Shown piece after piece: positions 1-9,774 of a DNA stretch of 64,000 bases. The stretch's first letter is position 1. Every line of letters starts with the position of its first letter. Position numbers and translations under genes: made by a program. The notes beneath the pieces were generated by a model that was not told where the DNA came from, did no database searches, and saw nothing but the letters and a program-made list of their open reading frames with translations. The stretch lies in contig JBDKFG010000018.1 of NCBI GenBank assembly GCA_039798785.1, positions 1-64,000 of the forward strand, given 5' to 3'. Source of the stretch: Verrucomicrobiota bacterium. Lineage in GTDB: Bacteria > Verrucomicrobiota > Lentisphaeria > Lentisphaerales > Lentisphaeraceae.

Positions 1-138
1 CGCCATCACTGCGCCTGACCCCATCTTCCACCACCAAATCCGCTGCCCGGGAGATTGCCTAATGGAAGACAGTCTTGCGCAGAAAGGTGTAAAGAAACCA
101 GTCTTGGATGTTAAATCTTTGATTTTGTTCGCGTTCTG

Positions 139-166
139 TTGAATCTTGAATTTTGAATCTTGAATC
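139..166. repeat. Heptamer tandem repeat TTGAAT(C/T) x4
   Basis: ttgaatc ttgaatt ttgaatc ttgaatc read directly. Confidence 0.85.
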
Positions 167-205
167 GGATTCCCGAGCTGAGCCCAAAGCTCAGCTTCGG
201 AATCC
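167..205. repeat. REP-like palindrome / hairpin
   Basis: GGATTCCCGAGCTGAGC-ccaaa-GCTCAGCTTCGGAATCC, near-perfect 17-bp stem just downstream of the minus-strand gene remnant. Confidence 0.7.
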
Positions 206-219
206 AGGTTGATGGGAAG

Positions 220-351
220 TCAGACAGGCAGTCCCACCATCTGCTTCCACCGGGCGGCAAGCATCTGGGCGTAGAGGGCCGGAGGCGTCCCATAGGCGCC
301 GAGCGCAAAGCCGTCGTTGATTTCGACCAGCAAGGTGCGGCCGTCTTTTAT
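220..351 (-). pseudogene. C-terminal remnant of an ATP-grasp (DUF4343-like) gene
   Basis: Manual translation IKDGRTLLVEINDGFALGAYGTPPALYAQMLAARWKQMVGLPV*; the VE-x-N-DG motif fits an ATP-grasp C-terminus. No start codon; preceded in frame by TAA TGA of the AT-rich ORF. Confidence 0.6.
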
Positions 352-354
352 TCA

Positions 355-879
355 TTATTCAGTGTTGTTTATCAGAGGTACATCATTAGATGTCTCTTCA
401 TCATTGCCATATAGAACCTCTCGGTCAAAAATATCTCGAATCTGTAATACCATGAACGCTATATAGGCACCCCATCCCTCAGAGGCGACAATATCCTGCT
501 CCGACTCAGTGCAGTTGTTTATCCAGCGATTTAGAGCCTCTGATAAATAAAGACCGTTCAGATTTGTTTCCCAATTATCGTCTTTGCCAATTCCAATGTC
601 TATATTTCCGTATTGACGATTAATTTCGCAATACATGACTCTGTAAATGCATGATTTGTAAATTTTACTGTTAAACGTCTTGTAGAACTTCATCATATTT
701 TTTGCCCACTTCTTAAATTCAATAAAATCTTTTTTGTATTCTGTTTCAGTGGGTGGGTCGATTTTGATGGAGTATTCAGTTTTAATTTGTTTTTTAAGTA
801 AATGTATAAGTTCATTGTAGCTTGATGATTTATTCGCAATCTGAATTCCTATAGTGTAGCGATCTGAATAGGGTTTCAT
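355..879 (-). CDS. AT-rich hypothetical protein (174 aa), probably horizontally acquired
   Basis: Long ORF in a sharply AT-rich block (about 350-927); family not recognised. Confidence 0.7.
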   Translation of the reverse strand: MKPYSDRYTIGIQIANKSSSYNELIHLLKKQIKTEYSIKIDPPTETEYKKDFIEFKKWAKNMMKFYKTFNSKIYKSCIYRVMYCEINRQYGNIDIGIGKDDNWETNLNGLYLSEALNRWINNCTESEQDIVASEGWGAYIAFMVLQIRDIFDREVLYGNDEETSNDVPLINNTE

Positions 880-927
880 GGTTGTTAAGTATTTATTTTT
901 AGTGATGAATGTAGTTAAAATGATCGC

Positions 928-2307
928 TTATTCCGTCATCATCTTCTCAACCATCCCCGCCCAGTCCTGCATGCGCAGCGGGTAGGGGTCGCCGAGGGGC
1001 ACGGTGGAAAGAAGGCAGGGGCCGTCGGCGGGGTCGACGGTGGGGACGCCGTGCGAGCCTTTGACCAGGGTGGCGTCGAGGGGGATGACGTCGAGAAGAG
1101 CGCGGAACCCGAGTTTGCGTTTGAGCAGGGTCCAGCCGGCCTTGGCCTTGCCGCCGGGGACCATGAAGAGCTCGACAGGGTCATAGCCGGGCTTCTGGTG
1201 GATGTCGACGGTGCGGGCGTAGTCGGGCGCCTTGGCGTCGTCGAGCCAGAAGTAGTAGGTGAACCAGGCATCGCGATCGGAGAGGAGGATGATCTCGCCG
1301 CTGCGTTCGTGCTTGAGGCCGAGGCGGGCGCGATCGTCACCGTGGACGGCGCGGGCGACGCCGGGGAGCTTGGCGAGTTCCTCGGCGAGGGCGGCGACGC
1401 GTGAGGGATCTTTGACATAGACATGGGCCAACTGGTGGTCGGCGACGGCGAAGGCGTCCGAAGCGCCGGCATCGAACCAGTCTTCACCGCATTCGATGCG
1501 GACCTTGAGCAGTCCCTTCTCGCGCAGGTAGCGGTTGATGTGAACCGGGCGGCTGACTTCCTGGATGCCGTATTCGGAGAGGACCATCACCTCGTAGCCG
1601 TGGCGGGCGGCGCAGGCGCGGAGCTTGCCGATCTCGGCGTCGAGCTCCATAACATCGAATTCAATGCCGGGAGCTTTGGGGCCATTGAAAGTCTGTTTTG
1701 GACCGAGGCGCTGCAGGTTGTAGTCGAGGTGCGGTAGGTAGGTGAGGACGAGCTCGGGCTGATGCTTGTCCATGACGTGGATGGTGGCGTCGGCGATCCA
1801 GCGGGTCGAGGTGATGTCGGTGAGCGGTCCCCAGAACTTGAAGAGGGGGAACTTGCCGAGCTTGGCTTCGAGCTCGTCGTTGAGGGAGGCGGGGAAGGCG
1901 TAGGAGCCGGGCATCTTGCGGCCGTCGGAGCGGTAGAGCGGGCGGGGCGTCACCGAGAATTCCGCCGTTGAGTACATGTTGTACCACCAGAACATCTTGG
2001 CGGTGCGGAAGCCGGGCTTGAGGCGCTTGATCCGGTCCCAGAGTTTGTCGCCTTGGACGAGAGAGTTGGACTGCTGCCAGAGCATCACCTTGGCGGTGTC
2101 GCGGAAGTACCAGCCGTTGGCGACGGCGCCGTGTTCCTGCGGCGCCTTGCCGGTGAGCAGGGTGGTCTGGGCGGTGGTGGTGACGGCGGGCAGCGGCGGC
2201 ACCAGGTCGCGGACGTGCTTGGCGAGGGCGTTGAGCTCGGGCGTGTGCGGGCCGAGGAGATTGCGGGTGAGGCCGACGGCGTTGATGACGAGGAGGCGAT
2301 TGATCAT
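928..2307 (-). CDS. Alkaline phosphatase superfamily / nucleotide pyrophosphatase-phosphodiesterase (EboF-like)
   Basis: PAVTTTAQ catalytic Thr region, YLPHLDY, LSEYG, KGSHG motifs. Confidence 0.85.
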   Translation of the reverse strand: MINRLLVINAVGLTRNLLGPHTPELNALAKHVRDLVPPLPAVTTTAQTTLLTGKAPQEHGAVANGWYFRDTAKVMLWQQSNSLVQGDKLWDRIKRLKPGFRTAKMFWWYNMYSTAEFSVTPRPLYRSDGRKMPGSYAFPASLNDELEAKLGKFPLFKFWGPLTDITSTRWIADATIHVMDKHQPELVLTYLPHLDYNLQRLGPKQTFNGPKAPGIEFDVMELDAEIGKLRACAARHGYEVMVLSEYGIQEVSRPVHINRYLREKGLLKVRIECGEDWFDAGASDAFAVADHQLAHVYVKDPSRVAALAEELAKLPGVARAVHGDDRARLGLKHERSGEIILLSDRDAWFTYYFWLDDAKAPDYARTVDIHQKPGYDPVELFMVPGGKAKAGWTLLKRKLGFRALLDVIPLDATLVKGSHGVPTVDPADGPCLLSTVPLGDPYPLRMQDWAGMVEKMMTE

Positions 2308-2373
2308 GATGTAAAGCTTGCAGGGTTGATCGTTAAAAGTCGGATCTCAGCACCTGGCAAGACTGCCGAAGGC

Positions 2374-3885
2374 TCAGACCTGGAGGTTGCTTACTTTGTA
2401 GGCCGGGAACATTTCTTTCGGCACGTAAAGGAGGCGAAGGCCGACGAAGTCCATCCGTTTATCAGGAGGGAAGGAGATGACATCGGACCAGGTGTTGCAA
2501 TGATCGATGCCGGCGCGCCAGGAGCCGCCTTTGAGGATATGCGGTTCGCGATCGTCTTCGTAGCTGTCGTTGGTCCACTCCATGACGTTGCCGACCATGC
2601 CGACGCAGCCGCAGGGAGAGACGTTGCTTTCGTAGTAGTCGACGGCGGCGGTGGAGACCGGCACGAAGCTGCCGTCCTGAAAGTTGGCGATGTCGGTGGT
2701 GGGGTCCTGGGTGCCCCAGGGGTAGGGGAGCCCTTCTTTGCCGCGGGCGGCGGCTTCCCATTCGACGACGAAAGGAAGATTGTAGTATTCGCCGGTTTTT
2801 TTGCGGAGCCAGCGGCAGTATTCCTTGGCGTCATTCCAGCTCAGCATCACCATCGGGCATTCGTCGTAGGGCGCGACGGTGTTCACTGCAAGCATTTCCT
2901 CGGGGCTGAAGCGGACGCCGGTTTCCAGCATGTAGTCGAAGAATTGGCGTTTGGTGACCGGGTATTTGGCCAGGGTGAAAGCGGCAGGGACGATGTGGCG
3001 TTCGGCATCGGCGCCGACGTAATAGCTGCCGATTTCGACGCGGCAGTAGACATTGCCGAGGGCGTCGAGGATCTCGGTGTTGCCGAGGCGGGAGCGGAAG
3101 GCCGAGGGGGCGGGAGCCGGAGCGGCTTCTTCTGCCGGCGCGACCTGGGGTGTCAGGGTTGGCTGGACGGCGTTGGCGGTCTGACCCATCAAGGTCGAGT
3201 TCATTGGGCTGAGACGCTTGGCCTGTTTGACTTCGCCGAAAAGGCCGCCGGCGGCATTGCGTGAAGCTGAGGCGATGGGGCGGCTTGCGGCCTGGATGGT
3301 CTTGACCGGCTGTGAGTCGATGACTTGCGCGGCAGGGAGGACCGGGACGATGGTGCGACCGAGGGAGGGTTTGATTGAATTGGCTTTCTGCGAGTCGGAG
3401 ACCGGTTGCGGGTTGGCAGTAGGGGCATCCAGGGGTTGCTTCATCAGGAGGCCGCGGGGAGCGGCTTCTGGCGGGGGGGAGACGGGATTTTCCGGTCCAT
3501 GCGAAGCTGGCTGCTTCATCAGGAGGCCGCGGGGGGCGGGAGCGGCTTCGGGCGGTGGTGCTGCGGGGTTGTCCGGGCCGCGTGAGGCTCCCGGCTGCTT
3601 CATCAGGAGGCCGCGGGGGGCGGGAGCGGCTTCGGGCGGTGGCGCTGCTGGGGGTTCCTGGGCGCTGGCGGTGCCCGGCTGCTTCATCAACAGACCGCGG
3701 GCCGCGGTGGCGGGAGGAGACGGGATTTCGGCGAAAGACTGGGGAGCCAAGGTGTTGTTCTGCTTGCGGATGAGGAGTGGGCGGGCACCGTCTTCCGACT
3801 GCACTCCGCCACGCAGCACCAGATGGGTGCCGCGGCCGTTATCGGGGTTTTTGCCGACGATCTTCAGTTTTTTGTCATCCGACAT
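2374..3885 (-). CDS. FGE-sulfatase (SUMF1/EgtB/PvdO family) domain protein with long Pro/Ala-rich N-terminal repeat region
   Basis: KYPVT, LP..EWEAAARG..YPWG, MVGNVMEW, KGGSW, GLRL motifs; ATG at 3885 follows the upstream stop. Confidence 0.8.
   Translation of the reverse strand: MSDDKKLKIVGKNPDNGRGTHLVLRGGVQSEDGARPLLIRKQNNTLAPQSFAEIPSPPATAARGLLMKQPGTASAQEPPAAPPPEAAPAPRGLLMKQPGASRGPDNPAAPPPEAAPAPRGLLMKQPASHGPENPVSPPPEAAPRGLLMKQPLDAPTANPQPVSDSQKANSIKPSLGRTIVPVLPAAQVIDSQPVKTIQAASRPIASASRNAAGGLFGEVKQAKRLSPMNSTLMGQTANAVQPTLTPQVAPAEEAAPAPAPSAFRSRLGNTEILDALGNVYCRVEIGSYYVGADAERHIVPAAFTLAKYPVTKRQFFDYMLETGVRFSPEEMLAVNTVAPYDECPMVMLSWNDAKEYCRWLRKKTGEYYNLPFVVEWEAAARGKEGLPYPWGTQDPTTDIANFQDGSFVPVSTAAVDYYESNVSPCGCVGMVGNVMEWTNDSYEDDREPHILKGGSWRAGIDHCNTWSDVISFPPDKRMDFVGLRLLYVPKEMFPAYKVSNLQV
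3433..3700 (-). repeat. Intragenic repeats encoding RGLLMKQP x4 with Pro/Ala spacers
   Basis: ctgcttcatcaggaggccgcggg and variants recur at roughly 75-87 bp period. Confidence 0.85.
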
Positions 3886-3886
3886 C

Positions 3887-4336
3887 TCAGGTTCCTGCGG
3901 CAAGATTCAATTTGGAATAGAAATCAAGGGGGTTTTCGCTCATCAGCAAAGACTCTTTCAATCCAGGAGTCTTGAGGAAAGTGGCGAGGTTGGCGAGCAA
4001 GGCGTGATACTGCTCCTGCCGGTCCATTGGCCCGCCGATGGTGAAAATCAGCTTCACGGGGCGGCGGTCTAGGGCGTCCCAGTCGATGCCTCGGGGGGCG
4101 AGGGCGGCGACGATGAAGAAATCCTGGACCTGCCGGCTTCGGGCATGGGGGAAGGCGATGCCGTCTCCCAGTCCGGTGCTCATCAGGGCTTCCCTTTCGA
4201 GCAGGCTCTGCAGAAATCCTTCAGCATCGGGAAGCAGACTGTCCTGGCGAGTGCAGATTTCGCGCAAGGCCGCGTCGCGCCCGTCCGCTTGAATCAGCAG
4301 ACAGCGCCCGGGGGCCATGGCGTCGATCAATCTCAT
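3887..4336 (-). CDS. PTS IIA (Ntr/Fru-type, PtsN-like) protein
   Basis: LEREALMSTGLGDGIAFPHAR and GIDWDALD motifs; start assigned at MRLIDAM. Confidence 0.85.
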   Translation of the reverse strand: MRLIDAMAPGRCLLIQADGRDAALREICTRQDSLLPDAEGFLQSLLEREALMSTGLGDGIAFPHARSRQVQDFFIVAALAPRGIDWDALDRRPVKLIFTIGGPMDRQEQYHALLANLATFLKTPGLKESLLMSENPLDFYSKLNLAAGT

Positions 4337-4512
4337 GTCGTGAAAATACCTTGTATATGAAAATCCCCTGAGAATACTGGGCCGCAAGCTTCTTTGCAAG
4401 AGCCGCAAGGCCTTGCAAGACTGGAAATATCCCGCAATTAAGAAAGTGCGAGCAGCGCTCGAAGCGAGGAAGTCGCTACTCTGAGCTGGAAATGGTGTTG
4501 GCACCGCGCGAT

Positions 4513-4537
4513 AAAAAAAGAGCGGGTTGCCCCGCTC
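4513..4537 (-). terminator. Intrinsic terminator of fabG
   Basis: Minus strand GAGCGGG-GCAA-CCCGCTC followed by T7. Confidence 0.75.
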
Positions 4538-4559
4538 CCGCTCCATGCCGAGGGCTGGC

Positions 4560-5297
4560 TCAGAGGCCGCCGGTGACCTCTAGGGTGGCGCCGGTGACGT
4601 AGGAGGCTTCTTTCGAGGCGAGGAAGAGAACGCAGGAGGCAACCTCTTCGACCGTGCCGAAACGCTTCAAAGGCACTTGCTCCTTGTATTTCGCCGCCAG
4701 TTCAGCCGGCAGGTCGGCGATCAGCTCGGTGCCGATGAAGCCGGGCGATACGCCGTTGACGGTGATGTTGCGACGGGCCACTTCTTTCGATAGCGATCGG
4801 GCCAGGGCGATCTGGCCGGCCTTCGAGGCGGCATAGTTCGACTGACCTTCGAAGCCGAAGTGCGAGCAGGGCGAGGTGATGTTGACAATGCGGCCATAGC
4901 GGGCGCGGGACATCTTCATCACCGCCAGCTTGCTGAGGTTGAAGGTGCCGGTGAGGTTGACATCGAGGACGCGCTGCCAATCGGCGACCGGCATGGCGCC
5001 GACGATGGAGTCCTTGCGGATGCCGGCGCTGTTGACCAGGACGTCGAGCTTTTCGAAAGGCAGCTTGGCGAAGGCGGCTTCGCACTGGGCGAAGTCGGCG
5101 ACGTCGAAGGCGAGGTGGTGCAGCCGCCCGGCGGCGAGCGCTTCAGGATGCGCCGCCTGCAGCTCTTCCCAAGGCTTGCCGCCCGAGCTGGAGCTGACGA
5201 GCACGCAAGCGCCCTCGCGCAAAAAGGCTTCGGCGATGCCGCGGCCGATGCCGCGGGTTCCACCCGATACCAGGACGTTCTGACCTTCGAATCTCAT
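4560..5297 (-). CDS. fabG: 3-oxoacyl-ACP reductase (SDR)
   Basis: SGGTRGIG, LVNSAGIRKD, NYAASKAG, VSPGFI; no adjacent fab genes, so it may be a paralog. Confidence 0.8.
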   Translation of the reverse strand: MRFEGQNVLVSGGTRGIGRGIAEAFLREGACVLVSSSSGGKPWEELQAAHPEALAAGRLHHLAFDVADFAQCEAAFAKLPFEKLDVLVNSAGIRKDSIVGAMPVADWQRVLDVNLTGTFNLSKLAVMKMSRARYGRIVNITSPCSHFGFEGQSNYAASKAGQIALARSLSKEVARRNITVNGVSPGFIGTELIADLPAELAAKYKEQVPLKRFGTVEEVASCVLFLASKEASYVTGATLEVTGGL

Positions 5298-5446
5298 GAG
5301 ATCTCCTTAAAATCGCTGATTTGCAAGTCGCAGATACTAGCGCCATTCCCCCGGCGCGCCAGCAGTGGTGAGTCGACAGAGGGAAAATGATTTGCTATTG
5401 GAGAATCATCGGCAGTAGAATGGAGTCATAACGGGGAATTCAAACC

Positions 5447-6951
<1,505 letters not shown>

Positions 6952-7167
6952 CTAGAGGTCTCCTGTTTGGGGTGATGGTGGTCAAGGTTTTTTGGGAAAA
7001 ACGCCACGGAATCTAAACTGCGGGAGGAATTTTTCTTCGGGCGTGACGCGATCAGTGGCGGCAAAAACGAAGGAGTTGAGGAGTCATGGCCTTGGGTCCT
7101 CATCTTAAAATCAGGTTCTAAAGTCCTCGCTCCCATCTTCCTTCCTCACTCATTCTCAGTCAAAGCA

Positions 7168-7200
7168 CAAAAAAGCGGCCGCATCTCGCGGTCGCTTTTT
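7168..7200. terminator. Bidirectional-type terminator
   Basis: AAAAAAGCGGCCGC-atctc-GCGGTCGCTTTTT. Confidence 0.75.
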
Positions 7201-7220
7201 GGGGATGTCTTTTGGGGCGA

Positions 7221-8237
7221 TCAGGGAGCTTTTGCCGCCATTTTTTCGCGGCGGAGGGTGAAACCTGCCTTCATCTTGGCGATCAGTTCGGCCACCGGCA
7301 TGGTGAACTCGCCGTTGACGAGTTTGCCCTCGGATCCGAACTTCAGGCCTTTGAGCATCTCGGCGCATTCGGGGCGTTGCTGGGCGTGCATCTGGCCCAT
7401 GGCGAGGAAGCCGTTGGCCATGGTGAGAATCTGCTGAGCTGTGGCATCGTCCGTCATGTCGGCGTTGCCGCTGGCGACGAAGTTGCCGTCCTTCTCGCCG
7501 ACGGCGAAGGAGCCGCCGCCGTATTTGGCGATCATCGGGTGGAGCTTGTGCAGTTCCTGAGGAGCGGCTGCAAAGGCGCCGGAGAGGAAGGTGCTGCCGA
7601 GATCCTTGCGGACGCTGCCGACGAGGGGCGCGTCGGCGGCGATCGCCGCCGATTTGCCGCTGACCGTGTCGACACCTTTGGTCAGGGAGGCGGCGTTGAA
7701 GGAGGCGAGGAGCTTGCCCTTGACGAAGGCGAGGTGGAGCTCGCCGCCGCGGCAGCCGTGCCATTTGCCGCGAAGCGGCATCGGGCAGGACTCAGGCTTG
7801 GCCTCGTTGCCTGAGCCGGCTGCTTCGTTCTTGATGGTCCAGACCCAGGTGGCGACATCGCCGGCCTGGCCGGCTGTCGCGGCGCCGAGCTTCGAGCTGA
7901 TCGCCTGGACGATGGCCTCCTGGTTGAAGCTGCCGTTGAGTACGGCATAGCCGTCCCGCGGGCCCATGACGACGACGGTGGAGCCGAGCACGTCCTTGCG
8001 CATGTCGATCCCTGCGACCATGCGGATCGGGCACTGCAGGTTGATGCTGGCACGGTCGAGGTCGATCTGTGCGGTGAACTCCTTGCCGAGAGTGGATTGG
8101 CGGAGGGCGGTGAAGTCCCAGTGCCAGAAGCCGAGGGCCTCGGCATTGACGTCTTCGGTCTTCAGTTCATCAGCCTGCAGGCTGGGGAGGAGCGACAAGG
8201 CGGCGGCAGCGAAGAGCGAACGGCTGAGCTTGATCAT
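7221..8237 (-). CDS. Exported hypothetical protein
   Basis: Signal peptide MIKLSRSLFAAAALSLLPSLQA; host-like codon usage; GGAG upstream. Confidence 0.75.
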   Translation of the reverse strand: MIKLSRSLFAAAALSLLPSLQADELKTEDVNAEALGFWHWDFTALRQSTLGKEFTAQIDLDRASINLQCPIRMVAGIDMRKDVLGSTVVVMGPRDGYAVLNGSFNQEAIVQAISSKLGAATAGQAGDVATWVWTIKNEAAGSGNEAKPESCPMPLRGKWHGCRGGELHLAFVKGKLLASFNAASLTKGVDTVSGKSAAIAADAPLVGSVRKDLGSTFLSGAFAAAPQELHKLHPMIAKYGGGSFAVGEKDGNFVASGNADMTDDATAQQILTMANGFLAMGQMHAQQRPECAEMLKGLKFGSEGKLVNGEFTMPVAELIAKMKAGFTLRREKMAAKAP

Positions 8238-8438
8238 GAGCGGGTCTCCATCGGTTGGGTTTTGTCTGGCCCCAGTTTGCTTGGGTTCCATGGGTAGATA
8301 CGGAGCTGCGCCGCATTTGTTACAACGCTGGGGCGATAATCCTGCGGAGCCTCGGAATTTGCCCTTTGGAAAGGGATTGAATTGCTGGGAAAGCCGGTTA
8401 ACTTGGCGCCCGACATCCATAAAAAACCGCACTGACGG

Positions 8439-8462
8439 GGGGATCTGCCGATCCCCTTTTTC
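8439..8462 (+). promoter_or_regulatory. Terminator-like leader hairpin upstream of nusA
   Basis: GGGGATC-tgcc-GATCCCC-TTTTT about 40 nt before the nusA ATG. Confidence 0.5.
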
Positions 8463-8500
8463 ATTGCCCCCATCACCTGCAGCATCGAACGGAGGAAGCC

Positions 8501-9754
8501 ATGAGCAGCGAAATGATCGCCATGATCGAGTATCTCGGACAGGAGAAGGAAATCGACAAGGAGACCCTCTTCACGCTCGTGGAGGACGCCCTGGTCTCCG
8601 TTTACCGCAAGGAACTGCCGGAGTCGGCTGACCTGAAAGTCAACATCCACCGCAAGAACGGCGCCGTCGTCATCTCGGTCAATGCCACCGTCGTCGAACA
8701 CGTCGTCAACCGCAACATCGAGGTTTCGCTCGAAACCGTCCGCAAGAGCCAGCCTGACGCCGAGCTCGGCGACGTGGTCCGATGGATCATTCCCCAGGAC
8801 AGCTTCTCGCGCATCGCCGCCCAGAACACCAAGCAGGCCATCCTCCAGCGCATGCGCCAATATGAGAAGGATCGCGTCGTCGACGAATATTCCGACCAGG
8901 TCGGCGAGCTCATCTCCGGACGGGTCCGCGGCTTCGAGAAAGGCGAACTGCTGATCGACTTCGGCCGTGCCGAAGGGGGTATGGACGCCAAGAACCGGAT
9001 CAAGTCCGAAGACTATCAGCCCGGCGACCACGTCACCGCCGTCCTTCTCGGCGTCGATCCCAAGAAAGCCGGGCCGCCGCTGATCGTTTCCCGTACCCAT
9101 CCTGATTTCATCCGCAAGCTCTTTGAGCGCGAAGTCGCCGAGATCGGCGAAGGCGTGGTCGAGATCAAGGGCGTCGCCCGCGATGCCGGCTTCCGCACCA
9201 AGATCGCTGTCTATTCCCGCGATCCCCGCGTCGATCCCGTCGGCGCCTGCGTCGGCCTGCGAGGCACCCGCGTCAAGGCGATCGTCCGCGACCTCAATCG
9301 CGAGAAGCTTGACATCATCCAGTGGAAGGATGACATCCACGAATGCGTCAAGGAGGCCTTCAAGCCCACCCCGATCGAGAAGGTCGAGATCGACCCTGAC
9401 GGCGGACGTCTCCTGCGCGTCTATGTCAGCGCCGAGAACTATTCCTCCATCCTCGGCAAGGAGGGCAAGAACGTTCGCCTCACTGAAGCCCTGCTGGACT
9501 GGGACATCGAGGTCGAGCGTTACACCTTCAATCCCGAAAAATCGCTCGAAGAGCACCTTGCCGAAGTGGTCGAAACCTTCAAGAAGATCCCGGGAGTCGA
9601 CAGTTCCGTCGCTGCCGGCCTGATCGAGAAAGGCTTCACTTCGCTCGAAGGTCTCAAAGACGCCAACCCCGTCGATCTCGCCGACATCCCCGGCCTCGAC
9701 GAATCCAAGGCTGCGAGCATCGTCGCCTACGCTAAATCCAAGCTCCACGCTTGA
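8501..9754 (+). CDS. nusA: Transcription termination/antitermination factor NusA
   Basis: RIAAQNTKQ, S1 domain, KH domains (ARDAGFRTKIAV, DPVGACVG, ILGKEGKNVRL), C-terminal HhH; SD GGAGG. Confidence 0.97.
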   Translation: MSSEMIAMIEYLGQEKEIDKETLFTLVEDALVSVYRKELPESADLKVNIHRKNGAVVISVNATVVEHVVNRNIEVSLETVRKSQPDAELGDVVRWIIPQDSFSRIAAQNTKQAILQRMRQYEKDRVVDEYSDQVGELISGRVRGFEKGELLIDFGRAEGGMDAKNRIKSEDYQPGDHVTAVLLGVDPKKAGPPLIVSRTHPDFIRKLFEREVAEIGEGVVEIKGVARDAGFRTKIAVYSRDPRVDPVGACVGLRGTRVKAIVRDLNREKLDIIQWKDDIHECVKEAFKPTPIEKVEIDPDGGRLLRVYVSAENYSSILGKEGKNVRLTEALLDWDIEVERYTFNPEKSLEEHLAEVVETFKKIPGVDSSVAAGLIEKGFTSLEGLKDANPVDLADIPGLDESKAASIVAYAKSKLHA

Positions 9755-9774
9755 TCCCATGGACGGTGACCCAC

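Noticed and set aside
928..2307. Complete ebo gene cluster
   Set aside because: Only the EboF-like gene is present; no other ebo-like genes adjacent within the window
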